From IMG/VR virus record IMGVR_UViG_3300022190_001504, positions 1-39,939 of that record: a stretch of DNA of 39,939 nt. The stretch is one strand, 5' to 3'. A model generated the notes under the pieces. The model was not told where the DNA came from, did no database searches, and worked only from the letters and a program-made list of their open reading frames with translations. Of the stretch, positions 25,186 through 34,175 are shown one piece after another. The stretch's first letter is position 1. Every line of letters starts with the position of its first letter. The DNA is from a virus (lineage: Duplodnaviria; Caudoviricetes). A program made the translations under genes and the position numbers.

Positions 25186-26606
25186 AGGTCCTCATTGACG
25201 ACAACGCCGAGATACGCGGCCGGCGCGGGATCGGACTTCTGGAACTGGAACACCATTCCCGCGAGCTTCGTTCGCCCGCAGCGATGCCAGACTGTGCGCT
25301 GGTCATAGACGCCCTGCGCACCCAGCTTCCGGCTGCGCCAGTTGGTCCACGTATTGCCGCCGTCCGTTGACACACGAAGCTGCACGACAGGGTCAACGCC
25401 CTGCCCGGTCGCCACGCCAACGCCCTTGGAACTCTCGAGCCGAACCGTCGTAATGGGCAGGCTGTCTGGTGCGCCCGACAGGTGCGCCGTGAACTCGCGC
25501 ACGATCTCCGTACCCATCGTGGACGCCGTCGCCATGCTCTCCGAGGCATAGTCCCGGCTCAGCTCGTCAAACTGGCCCGTTGCATCGCAGGCGAACACGC
25601 GCCCAGCCGCCGTGATGATGTCAGTGTAGCGCCACGTCGCGGTCAGGTTCGTCCCGCGCGTATGCCATTCCTGCGTCAGCACGTCGAACACCATGCAGGC
25701 GGTCGGCGTGCGGTAGCTGATGAATATGTGACCGCGATCCTGGTAGGTCTTGCCGATGATGTTGGCAGCGCCTGCCGATCTCAGCGCCGCAGATACCCAA
25801 GGCTCGGAGATGATGGGCGAGCCGCCTTGACCCAGCCTGCGGACGTTGAACGCCTCGTCCACGAAAAACAGCGAGTTGTCAGCCTTGACGATGCCGTCAC
25901 GGCACGCGCAGCCCACTTGCTGCGTCATGCCCGCCTGCGCCGCGAAGGGGTCGGTGCTGTCGCCTGTCTGCGACCAGACTTCAATCGTTTGCGAGCCCAG
26001 CAGGTAGTAGAACTCGCCCAGCACGCGGCCCGCGATGATGTCGTCAGGCGAGCTCTCTGCCGTGTAGTAGTTCAGCGCCGTGACGTCATCGAGGGCGAGG
26101 ACAGCCGTGAAGCCGAACCGGTTGCGATACGTGAACAGCCCGCGCTGCCCGAGCGTGTCAACGCTGGTGAACGCGGTTGCGCTGGCGTCAGACAGCAGCG
26201 TTGCATACTGCGCATCCGTGACCGCCGCGATGGCCGTTCCGGTCGAGACGTACAGCCCGCCATTGAACAGTCCGAAGCCCTGCGTCTCGGTGAATGCGAA
26301 ATCCCCGCGATCCGTCCCGGCAATGGTCCCCGTGAGGCTTCCCGTCGAGTTGCCCGATGGCGTGAACGTGGACAGGGTCGTCCCCTGCGCGATCAGCACA
26401 TTGCCCGAGGCGTGGCCGTCTGCCTGCCACATCCCACGGCACGCGCCGGCGAAGTCGGCACGCTGGAGACTGCCAGGCGCTTCGATCAGCACGTTCTCGC
26501 GCTGCGGGTCGTTCGGATGCGGTTCGCGGTAGACGTTGTGGCACTTCTTCTCGGCAAGCCCCGTGACAACAGCAGAGGCCGCAGACGTCGCCATCGGCAC
26601 GCGCAT
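25182..26606 (-). CDS. Tail hub/DNA stabilization protein (P22 gp10-like)
   Basis: TAESSPDDI, GSQTIEVW, STDGGNTW, GVYDQRTVWHRCG motifs. Confidence 0.85.
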   Translation of the reverse strand: MRVPMATSAASAVVTGLAEKKCHNVYREPHPNDPQRENVLIEAPGSLQRADFAGACRGMWQADGHASGNVLIAQGTTLSTFTPSGNSTGSLTGTIAGTDRGDFAFTETQGFGLFNGGLYVSTGTAIAAVTDAQYATLLSDASATAFTSVDTLGQRGLFTYRNRFGFTAVLALDDVTALNYYTAESSPDDIIAGRVLGEFYYLLGSQTIEVWSQTGDSTDPFAAQAGMTQQVGCACRDGIVKADNSLFFVDEAFNVRRLGQGGSPIISEPWVSAALRSAGAANIIGKTYQDRGHIFISYRTPTACMVFDVLTQEWHTRGTNLTATWRYTDIITAAGRVFACDATGQFDELSRDYASESMATASTMGTEIVREFTAHLSGAPDSLPITTVRLESSKGVGVATGQGVDPVVQLRVSTDGGNTWTNWRSRKLGAQGVYDQRTVWHRCGRTKLAGMVFQFQKSDPAPAAYLGVVVNEDL

Positions 26607-26962
26607 CAGAAGTATTCCGCCCGCGTCGGCTTGTTGAACCGCTCGCCGCTCTGCACGAGACGCCGCAAGTTGCGTTCCGCTGTCGGCTCATAGGTCTGCC
26701 GAAACGATGCAGCCTGCCCGCCGTCCATGTAGTCGTCAGCCGCATGACACGCCACGTACATGGCGAGGTCTTCCAGCATCGACTGCGGGCAAGCACTGTC
26801 GGACCAGTAGGCAATGCCAAGGTCGCGCAGCTTCTCGTTGACGCTGGCAATCAGCCCCTCGATCAGTGCGGTGTCCTCGGCTTCCGCCGTCTCGCCTGCT
26901 TGCAGCACCTTGAGCTTCTGAAGCACGCGGTTGCGCAGCTCGGCAAGGGTCGCGTCAGCCAT
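26606..26962 (-). CDS. Head-tail adaptor (P22 gp4-like)
   Basis: Helical 118 aa, LRNRVLQKLKVL..GETAEAED; synteny. Confidence 0.7.
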   Translation of the reverse strand: MADATLAELRNRVLQKLKVLQAGETAEAEDTALIEGLIASVNEKLRDLGIAYWSDSACPQSMLEDLAMYVACHAADDYMDGGQAASFRQTYEPTAERNLRRLVQSGERFNKPTRAEYF

Positions 26963-27296
26963 TGACCACCTCGCCCTCGATCACTTCCATCGGTTCGCGT
27001 GTCGCGCCCTCCAGCGCAGCGCGCAGCCGTTCGATGCCCCAGCGCTTGTCATAGTTCGCGCCGAGCTCGTCGAGCTGTTGCTTGATGATGGCGCGTTCGT
27101 CCTGTTCCCGGTTGCCTCTCGGCTCCGGCGCATCCTGCGGAACTTCCGTGAAATACGGATGGTTCCGCAGTTTGTTGACCTGCCACGGGAGCAGATGCCC
27201 CACGTCAACAGGTGCGCCAGCCGAAAACGTGACGCCGTAGAGGGAGGCGAACTCGTCGCCCCCCTCATCGTCACCCTTCCAGATGAAAGCCGACAT
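26955..27296 (-). CDS. Hypothetical protein with C-terminal LEM/Rho-N-like helix pair
   Basis: LDELGANYDKRWGIERLRAAL. Confidence 0.7.
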   Translation of the reverse strand: MSAFIWKGDDEGGDEFASLYGVTFSAGAPVDVGHLLPWQVNKLRNHPYFTEVPQDAPEPRGNREQDERAIIKQQLDELGANYDKRWGIERLRAALEGATREPMEVIEGEVVNG

Positions 27297-27808
27297 CAGA
27301 CAGCAATCGTCGGATCGACCACGTACCAGACAACCACCGAGACAACGCCGGTGTGACCTGCGTTGCCCGCTGTATTGGCTTCGATCTGGATCTTGGTCTT
27401 CTTCGTGAACTGCGGGAGAGTTCCCGCAGCCAGAACGCCGCTCAGCGGATACATCAGACCCACAACCGGCGACACGTTGCCAGCAGCGAACACATCGCCC
27501 GTCAACGTACCGAGATTGCCAAGCCCGTCAGGGTCGGCCGCGTCATACGTTCCCGAACCGCCGTTAGCGGCCCAGCCGATGTCCATGTCCAGCGTTTCCG
27601 TGCCGGTATCGAGGTCGGCGCCGTAGAAGTAGCCTCCGACAACGACAGCGCCGGCCGGAACCCAGCACATTTCGAAGATGTCGCCATCTTCGACCGCTGC
27701 TGCGATGGTGTACGTGCCGTAAGCGCATTGAAGGACGCCCGCGCCAGCATAGTGAGCAATCGGGAAGCCCGTTGCACCGCGCGTTGCGGTGAGTGTTTCA
27801 GCAACCAT
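27296..27808 (-). CDS. Putative capsid decoration/cement protein
   Basis: Beta-rich; directly after the capsid gene; AAGGAG SD. Confidence 0.6.
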   Translation of the reverse strand: MVAETLTATRGATGFPIAHYAGAGVLQCAYGTYTIAAAVEDGDIFEMCWVPAGAVVVGGYFYGADLDTGTETLDMDIGWAANGGSGTYDAADPDGLGNLGTLTGDVFAAGNVSPVVGLMYPLSGVLAAGTLPQFTKKTKIQIEANTAGNAGHTGVVSVVVWYVVDPTIAV

Positions 27809-27821
27809 TGTTCAATGCTCC

Positions 27822-28934
27822 TTACGAGTCAGCAGCGGCGGCAAAGAAGCACGACACAACGCCGTGTTGCTTACCATTGTACGCCAGTTTTTTCACGCCA
27901 AGCAGTTCCTCGATGGCGACGCCAGGACGGAACTGGTAGTCTTTCTGCATGTCCGTGCGCGGGGTCGGCTCCTGACCCCATGCGATGCCGACAGCCTGCG
28001 CGCCGCACAGGAAGACCGGACGAACGTCCGTTGTTCCCGAAGCGCCGGCGTTGGTGAGGTTGTAGGTGCCGGTCGATGCGATGTCGTCGATCTCGGGAAC
28101 TTCGCGATGGATGATCCCGTCATAGAGCAGGTCACCGTCCTGGAAGATCGGGTTGTCGTCCATGCCAGAGCCTTCACGCGAGCGAGCCTCACGGTTCGCT
28201 TGCGTCATCGTGGTGTCAGCCTTCAGGTCGCGGAACGTCCGCGCCCCGTGGAACGCCACGTAGTATTCCCGGCCGTCCGCTGTCTTGTACGGGCGGATAT
28301 GGGGGTCAGCCGACTTTGCGATGCGCTTCGCCAGCGACATCGACGCAACCGTGCATTTGTCGTCGGTCGTGTCGAGGGTTGCCGTCGCAGTGGCCCAGGT
28401 CGCGGAGTAGTTCGACTTGAGCTTGCCGAACAGCAGGCGGTCCGAGTTCGCAGCCGCGTAAGCGTTGCGGTTCGCAGCGCTTGACGAGGCCAGAAGCACG
28501 GTCGTGTCGCCCGTGGTGACCACGGACAGCATGGCCTTGATGACATCATCACGCAGCTTCTCCGCTTCCCATGTGCGCAGCATGTCTTTTGCAGCGCCGA
28601 AAAGATCGATCTCGGTCTTGTAAGACGTTGATTTGGGAATACGCACCGCGTTCCTGCGCCAATCGACGCTAATGCCGCAGTTGTAGTTGCCAAGCTCTTC
28701 TTCGTTGCCGTCGAGAGAGGTTGCGCCGGTTACGCCCTGTCCAACCAGTTTGGTGATCAGGGGGATGTTGATGGTTTTACCGGCTTCCTCTTGCAGCTCA
28801 TACTTGGCGATGATGATGCTGGAAGACGACTTGCCCATGTAGGGCTTGAAGCCGGAATTGCGAACGTACTCAGCGTAGTATTGGCTGATCCACTTCTGTT
28901 TCTCAGAAGCAGAAGCCAGCATGACTTCTGACAT
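27822..28934 (-). CDS. Major capsid protein (DUF4043/N4-gp56-like)
   Basis: GKTINIPLITKLVGQGVTGATSLDGNEE, NPIFQDG, FLCGAQA motifs; follows scaffold. Confidence 0.9.
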   Translation of the reverse strand: MSEVMLASASEKQKWISQYYAEYVRNSGFKPYMGKSSSSIIIAKYELQEEAGKTINIPLITKLVGQGVTGATSLDGNEEELGNYNCGISVDWRRNAVRIPKSTSYKTEIDLFGAAKDMLRTWEAEKLRDDVIKAMLSVVTTGDTTVLLASSSAANRNAYAAANSDRLLFGKLKSNYSATWATATATLDTTDDKCTVASMSLAKRIAKSADPHIRPYKTADGREYYVAFHGARTFRDLKADTTMTQANREARSREGSGMDDNPIFQDGDLLYDGIIHREVPEIDDIASTGTYNLTNAGASGTTDVRPVFLCGAQAVGIAWGQEPTPRTDMQKDYQFRPGVAIEELLGVKKLAYNGKQHGVVSCFFAAAADS

Positions 28935-28937
28935 TGG

Positions 28938-29666
28938 TTATCCTCTGAATAGGTTATCGAAAGCGTTGCCCGGTCCCGTGGGAACCGTGCCTGCTCTCGC
29001 TGCCGCTGGTCTTCCGACCACACTCGGCGGGGGTTGCTGTGACGATGGGGCCGGCGAGACGCCTTGGCCCTGAAGTTCAGCCAGTACCTGCGCGCGGATC
29101 TTCTCGGCTTCGCTCTTTCGCCAGGCTTCCGGGTCTTGCCCGATCTCTGACATCAGCTTGTGCTGCTTGTGCCATTTGACGACAAAATCGTATGGATGGA
29201 TCTGGCCTTGCAGTTGTTGCTGAAGCATCGGGTTTTGACCGACAGCGGCAAGAAACGCCTGTTGCGCCTCGCTCACGATGTCCTCGCCGTGGGCCTGTCG
29301 GGCCATCAGCTCGGATGTGTTGAGGCGTTCGTTGAAGGCGATGCGCTGCTGTTCAGCCAGCGCGTACTGAATGATCCCAGAGGGGTCAGTCGGTATCTGC
29401 TCAGGCTGTTGCGGTTGCTGGTAGCGTTGGAGTTGGGCTTCGAGGTCTATCCGCTTTGCAGTCTCGGCTTGTCGTTTGTCGCGCTCGTCTAGAAGCGCGG
29501 AGATGGGAACGAAACGCCCTGTTTCCGGATCGCGCGCCCTGCCATCGCCTTGCGGCTCGGGCTCGGGTGCGGCTGGCTTCTCGGCTTCGATGACCGGAGC
29601 GGATGGCTCAGGCGCAGGCGTTGCCGGTTCTTCAGCGTCCAGAAAGTTCAGTTTCTCGTCACTCAT
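28938..29666 (-). CDS. Scaffolding protein
   Basis: Acidic Pro-rich N-terminus, RDPETGRF, VPISALLDERDKRQ coiled coil; start re-called at MSDEKL. Confidence 0.82.
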   Translation of the reverse strand: MSDEKLNFLDAEEPATPAPEPSAPVIEAEKPAAPEPEPQGDGRARDPETGRFVPISALLDERDKRQAETAKRIDLEAQLQRYQQPQQPEQIPTDPSGIIQYALAEQQRIAFNERLNTSELMARQAHGEDIVSEAQQAFLAAVGQNPMLQQQLQGQIHPYDFVVKWHKQHKLMSEIGQDPEAWRKSEAEKIRAQVLAELQGQGVSPAPSSQQPPPSVVGRPAAARAGTVPTGPGNAFDNLFRG

Positions 29667-29670
29667 CGTT

Positions 29671-29744
29671 CGACCTTTCGTCGTCGTCACGCAATCGCCC
29701 GAAACAGCGGCGTCCTGTTTGACGCCCGATTGACCCCGGCGGCG
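29671..29744 (-). promoter_or_regulatory. Three bulged hairpins in the scaffold mRNA leader
   Basis: CGC(CG)CCG..CGGGCG, CGC(CG)CTG-TTT-CGGGCG, CGAC(GA)C-GAAA-GGTCG. Confidence 0.55.
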
Positions 29745-29750
29745 GGTACG

Positions 29751-29776
29751 AAAAAACCCGCCTGATCAGGGCGGGT
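29751..29776 (-). terminator. Intrinsic terminator
   Basis: Minus strand ACCCGCC-CTGATCA-GGCGGGT-TTTTT. Confidence 0.8.
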
Positions 29777-29806
29777 CTTGCATCTCGAATTGTGTCTGTG
29801 ATTGCT

Positions 29807-30856
29807 TCAGGTTGTGACAGCTTGCAGCGCGGCATCAGCCAGCGCGCTGTTGAAAATAGCGGCGCGGCGGATGTAGCCCCAAGCGGGAACGCCGGTTGAT
29901 GCAATCTCGCCAAACCGGATGAAAGTGGGCGTGACCGGCAGGGTGGCGACTGTATCGGCTGTGCCGAGCGCGCCGTCCCGCGCTGCCTGCATGTCATTCA
30001 GTGCGTAGCGCCCAGCAGCTTTAGATGAAACGCCCGTGGCGAGCGCGCTGCCAATCGAAATTGATGACTGCACGACAGCGGCGTTGGTTGAAGATGCTGT
30101 GGGCAGGTCTGCCGCGTTGACGACGATGGCCGCTCGCTCGTCGTTGGTGTTGTTGTCCACTTCGAAAAAGACGCTTCCAATGCCGCTGTCAGACGAGCGA
30201 TCAATCCACACAAAAAGGCTGAGCGGATATGTGACGCCGGGCGAGGAAACCGCCGCTAGGTCTACGTTGCGCGTCACGCTCGTCCCAGCAGTGGGTATCC
30301 AGCTTGAGGCAAATGCGCCTAGCTCTAGCTGTACGTTGGTACACGAGCCCGTCACGGTCAGGGTGAGCGAGCCCGCTGTAGGGGTGAATGTCAGGGTGAC
30401 GCGGGTATTCGCGCCAGAGCCAACCAGAGGCCCCGCCGTTGATGTGCCTGTTAGCGTGATCGTCCCCGTTCCCCGAAAGCTCAACGTGTGAGCCGCAGCG
30501 GTGACGGTGATGCTTTGCGTTGAGCCGGTCGCGCTGTTGAGAAACAGGTTGGTCCGCGCACCCTCAATGAGAAGGCCGCGATCTGTGCGGCGTATCTGGC
30601 CAGAAGAAAACTGCACGATGTTGCCCGCAAGGTCTTCCGCTGATCCGACCGTGGCGCGCGTGAAAGACCAGCCCGGCGTGGCTGTAACAGCGCCAACGTC
30701 AGCACCGGCAAACAGCGCGCGGTTCGTGGTAAAGTCCCAATAGTGGAGCGGCTGGACGCCGCCGAGTGCGGACGTGGCCTGGCTGAGAAGATCATTAATC
30801 CCGCCAGCGCGCCTTGTGTAGCTGCCGACGTTGTTGACCGTGACGAAGCGAGGCAC
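29807..30856 (-). CDS. Head spike/fibre-like protein with LamG-like C-terminus
   Basis: SFTRA.., RGLLIEGARTNL, QLELGAFASSWIPTAGTSVTR, GYIRRAAIFNSALADAALQAVT. Confidence 0.7.
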   Translation of the reverse strand: MPRFVTVNNVGSYTRRAGGINDLLSQATSALGGVQPLHYWDFTTNRALFAGADVGAVTATPGWSFTRATVGSAEDLAGNIVQFSSGQIRRTDRGLLIEGARTNLFLNSATGSTQSITVTAAAHTLSFRGTGTITLTGTSTAGPLVGSGANTRVTLTFTPTAGSLTLTVTGSCTNVQLELGAFASSWIPTAGTSVTRNVDLAAVSSPGVTYPLSLFVWIDRSSDSGIGSVFFEVDNNTNDERAAIVVNAADLPTASSTNAAVVQSSISIGSALATGVSSKAAGRYALNDMQAARDGALGTADTVATLPVTPTFIRFGEIASTGVPAWGYIRRAAIFNSALADAALQAVTT

Positions 30857-30859
30857 GCG

Positions 30860-31120
30860 CTACCACTCCGTAATGCGTGCAGCGCCAGAAGCATCCGACG
30901 CCCAGATGCCGAAGATGGCGCCCGTGTAGGTCGGGGGCGTCTCGTAATAGCCGTCGGCCGCAATCTTGGCCGTCGCCACCGTCGCGCTTGCCGTGCCGCT
31001 GCTCAACAGCACGTAGAGAACGGCTGTGCTGTCGTTCCAGATCGCCACGCCCTTGCGTTCGCTGTTCGACGCCAGAAGCAAAGTGCTGCTTGCTGTGTCA
31101 CTGACGTTTGACTGCGCCAT
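30860..31120 (-). CDS. Small beta-rich virion protein
   Basis: RKGVAIWNDSTAVLYV..YTGAIFGIW..ARITE. Confidence 0.7.
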   Translation of the reverse strand: MAQSNVSDTASSTLLLASNSERKGVAIWNDSTAVLYVLLSSGTASATVATAKIAADGYYETPPTYTGAIFGIWASDASGAARITEW

Positions 31121-31136
31121 AAATCACCTTCTGAAA

Positions 31137-31595
31137 TCACGCCGCCATCAGCAGCAGGATTGCCTCGTCTTCGTCTTCCTGTTCCTGCGCAGCGCGGGCC
31201 AATGCCTCGGCGCGTTGCCGGTCGTATTGCTCAAGCGCCGCGACAATCGCGGCCTGCGTTCTCGCGAAGGCTGCATCCTGGCGCGCAATGATCTGCTGCG
31301 CTGCCATCGGCGGTATTGCCGGCCGTGGCGTTGGCGGTTGCCAATCGTCCCCGAAGCCTTTGGAGACGGGCTCTGGCTGCTTCTTCTTGCGCTTCTTGTA
31401 ATAGTAGGGGTCTTCAAAGCCGCCTTGTGAGCGCGACTGGACTTCCTCAGTGCCTTCGCCGGTGAGCGTTCCCGTCCATGAGGACGAGCCCGCAAAGCTG
31501 CCAGACATGGCGTTTGGATCGGTTGCAGTTTCCTGCCCGCCCGCCGCCTTGAAGTAGAGCGCCTTCCAGTAGTCGGCTGAGAAGAAGTTAGCCAT
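31137..31595 (-). CDS. Hypothetical protein
   Basis: FFSADYW N-terminus; EDEDEAILLL C-terminus. Confidence 0.7.
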   Translation of the reverse strand: MANFFSADYWKALYFKAAGGQETATDPNAMSGSFAGSSSWTGTLTGEGTEEVQSRSQGGFEDPYYYKKRKKKQPEPVSKGFGDDWQPPTPRPAIPPMAAQQIIARQDAAFARTQAAIVAALEQYDRQRAEALARAAQEQEDEDEAILLLMAA

Positions 31596-32383
31596 CAGTC
31601 GAGGTCGTAGGTTATGGCGGTTCTGTTCCCGTCCGTGTCCACCGTTGCGACGATGCGGTCTGCACCGTCAGCCACCGCATTGCGTATGGTGATGGTCGCC
31701 GTCCCGCCGCCGCTGATCTTGCCCGCCGTCGCCGCCGTCACCAGACGCAGCGCCTGCCTCAGTGTCAGGCCCGTCTCAACGTCTTCCTGATCGAGCAGGT
31801 AGGACGAGAAGCCTTGCGCCTCCAGCGTGATGGCCGGGGCAAATGAACCCGACACGGACCCCGTCGCATACCGGATCGCCTCGAAGCTTGCGACACCCGT
31901 AAAGGCCCCAAGCATGTGTCCGGTCGCCACCACAGCGCCTGAGAACGTCGCAGCGCCTGTGAATGATCCAACCGCACCCAGAGCCGCCGTGACGTTGCCT
32001 GAGAAGGCCCCGACACCGGCAAACGAGCCGACACCCGAAACGACAAGCTGACCCGTGCCAGTGAACGTCGCCGCGCCATCGAACGTGCCGACGATGTTCC
32101 GGCCCGCAGCAATCCCGCCAGACCAGCTCGCTACGCCGATGCTTTCCGAGTGACTAGACAGACCGCCAGGCTTCTGAGGCAGCATCCAGCTTGACGGATG
32201 CAGGTGGCCGCTCGGGATACCCGACTTGGCCGAATAGCCTTGAGCCGTGAAGATGTTACGACGCGGTCCCGCCTTGTTGTTGTTGCCCTGAAGCGCAGGC
32301 GGATAAGCGTTGTTGCTCTGTGTCGCCCCGAAGATACGAACGCCCGCCGACGCGTCGCGGAAGCCGTTCTGAAGCAGCGCCAT
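31595..32383 (-). CDS. Gly/Ala-rich repetitive virion protein
   Basis: Start re-called at MALLQNG (TGATG overlap); G-S-F-x-G-x-x-x-F-x-G repeats; LTLRQALRL..RIVATVDTDGNRT. Confidence 0.72.
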   Translation of the reverse strand: MALLQNGFRDASAGVRIFGATQSNNAYPPALQGNNNKAGPRRNIFTAQGYSAKSGIPSGHLHPSSWMLPQKPGGLSSHSESIGVASWSGGIAAGRNIVGTFDGAATFTGTGQLVVSGVGSFAGVGAFSGNVTAALGAVGSFTGAATFSGAVVATGHMLGAFTGVASFEAIRYATGSVSGSFAPAITLEAQGFSSYLLDQEDVETGLTLRQALRLVTAATAGKISGGGTATITIRNAVADGADRIVATVDTDGNRTAITYDLD

Positions 32384-33279
32384 CAGCCGCCATATCCCCA
32401 ATCGAAGTCGACCATGATCGTACCGCCGGAAGTCGTCGCAGCGGTCTGGTAGAGCAGGAATTGAATGTTCGCCCCGTCCCTGATGCGCGGCAGCGATGGG
32501 AAGGCGTTCACGAAGTCCAGCTTTGTGTAGAGGCCGGTTGCGGGGACAGGGATCGTCCACAACGGCTTGCACAAGCCGATGATGACCGTACCCGATGCGT
32601 GAGCCGTACCAGCCCAGACGAGCGAGACAATGTCGCTTATGCCCGTATCGCCCGCAGCCTTGGGGAGAAACGGGTTGTATTTGTTCGCCGCGTTGCCTGA
32701 GTTCAGAAGCTGCCCGATGCCCAGCGAAGCCGTGCTTGTGAATGTGGTTGTCGCCCCTGCACCGCCGCCCGTGTCGAGATAGTTGACAATGCACGTCGGA
32801 GCGTTTGCGCCCAGCGCCGTATCTGCCGCAACGAACATCTCAAGCCCAGCGCCTGCCGCATATCGGTCGCCCGTGCCGCCGCCCGATCCGATGGCCGTCA
32901 TCGTCACGGTCTTTGTGCCGGTAGTCGAAACGTTCGTGCCTGACAGCGGGACATAGCCCACAAGGTCAATCGCCATCAGATACCAAGGCGCACCCGCAGC
33001 CGCGACAACCGACGCGCCAGCCGTCAGGAAATGCTTTGTCGCGGTCGAGACGTTGCCGCCATGATAGAGCGTGCCTTCGCCCCATGTGTCATCGGTCGGG
33101 ACGTAGGTAAGGTCAGTACCCGCAAACGTCGCAGCGATCGGCGCACCGGCATGACCTGCAAGCAGCGTCCAGTGACCAGCGGTTCCGGCAGATGACAGCG
33201 TCTTGTTGGAAAACGCGTTGCCTGTTTTGCCGTTGGTCGTGATCTGGTTAATTAGGTCGTCCTGTGAAGACCAGCCCAT
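32383..33279 (-). CDS. Putative structural protein, paralogue A
   Basis: Beta-rich; PFLPKAAGDTGISDIVS, PRIRDGA. Confidence 0.75.
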   Translation of the reverse strand: MGWSSQDDLINQITTNGKTGNAFSNKTLSSAGTAGHWTLLAGHAGAPIAATFAGTDLTYVPTDDTWGEGTLYHGGNVSTATKHFLTAGASVVAAAGAPWYLMAIDLVGYVPLSGTNVSTTGTKTVTMTAIGSGGGTGDRYAAGAGLEMFVAADTALGANAPTCIVNYLDTGGGAGATTTFTSTASLGIGQLLNSGNAANKYNPFLPKAAGDTGISDIVSLVWAGTAHASGTVIIGLCKPLWTIPVPATGLYTKLDFVNAFPSLPRIRDGANIQFLLYQTAATTSGGTIMVDFDWGYGG

Positions 33280-33282
33280 GCG

Positions 33283-34173
33283 TCAGTTCCACGTTGTTTC
33301 AAGAAGGCCCGCCAGGATCGACGAGGCGAGGGAGCCAGCGTGACCGGCTGCGAATAGGTTGAGCACTGCGCCGTCCTTGATCTGGCGCGGCCTGTGATTG
33401 ATGACCGAAGCGAACTCGTCGCACGCCCCGAAACTGTCCGTTGTCCCGCGCCGGGCTTCCTGTGTCAGAAAGCACTCTAGGATGGGCGCCACGATGACCA
33501 GCGCCATTAGCCCGCCACCGCCAGCCGTGAAGGTCACGCTCTCGATTGACCGGACGCCGCTGTCACTGCCTTGCAGCGAGAGATAGGGGTGATAGCTCGT
33601 CGCAAGGCCGACACTCGACGCCACTACCTGCCCGCCACCTGCGACCACAAACGTATTGTGCGCCTGCGATGTGCGGCCCGCTGTCCCGTCCTGATTGGTA
33701 TAGCTGAACGTGAAGACGCCGTTCGTTGAGCTTGCAGACTGCCCTACTGCGATGACGCGCCCGCTCGTGTAGCGAGGCAGCGACACCGTCTGAATCATGT
33801 CCTGCTGTTCGCCTACCGCGTCAGTATCCACGAACGGATAGTACATCAGCAGGTCTGCCAACACGATTTGCTGCCTGCCATTCGTCGTGCTTGTCGTGCT
33901 GCTTGCCGCGCTCATCAGCTTGAGGTTGCGCAGCCATTGCGTTGCAGGCGTTACGGTCGGGACGTAGATCCCGCGCGCCGCATCCACATAGGCCGCTTCA
34001 AGCGGTGAGGATGCGTAGAAGTTGGCAGTCGGCGCACCCGGAAAGTAGCTGTAGTCAATCCATGCGTTCGTTGTCGTCGCCGTCGAAGACACAGCCTTGC
34101 GGAAGCTGGTGAAATGGCATTGGCCCGCGTTGTCCGCATCAGACCATGCGCGAAGGTTGCGGAAGCCCGCCAC
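33283..34173 (-). CDS. Putative structural protein, paralogue B
   Basis: YTNQDGTAGRT, PYLSLQGSDSGVRSIES, PRQIKDGA. Confidence 0.75.
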   Translation of the reverse strand: MAGFRNLRAWSDADNAGQCHFTSFRKAVSSTATTTNAWIDYSYFPGAPTANFYASSPLEAAYVDAARGIYVPTVTPATQWLRNLKLMSAASSTTSTTNGRQQIVLADLLMYYPFVDTDAVGEQQDMIQTVSLPRYTSGRVIAVGQSASSTNGVFTFSYTNQDGTAGRTSQAHNTFVVAGGGQVVASSVGLATSYHPYLSLQGSDSGVRSIESVTFTAGGGGLMALVIVAPILECFLTQEARRGTTDSFGACDEFASVINHRPRQIKDGAVLNLFAAGHAGSLASSILAGLLETTWN

Positions 34174-34175
34174 GC

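Noticed and set aside
25482-26693. Long plus-strand ORFs (also 36811-37884, 3820-4755 and others)
   Set aside because: Antisense shadows of GC-rich genes with no motifs
32384-32794. N-terminal extension of the 399-aa ORF
   Set aside because: Overlaps the 298-aa gene out of frame; coupled start at 32383 fits better
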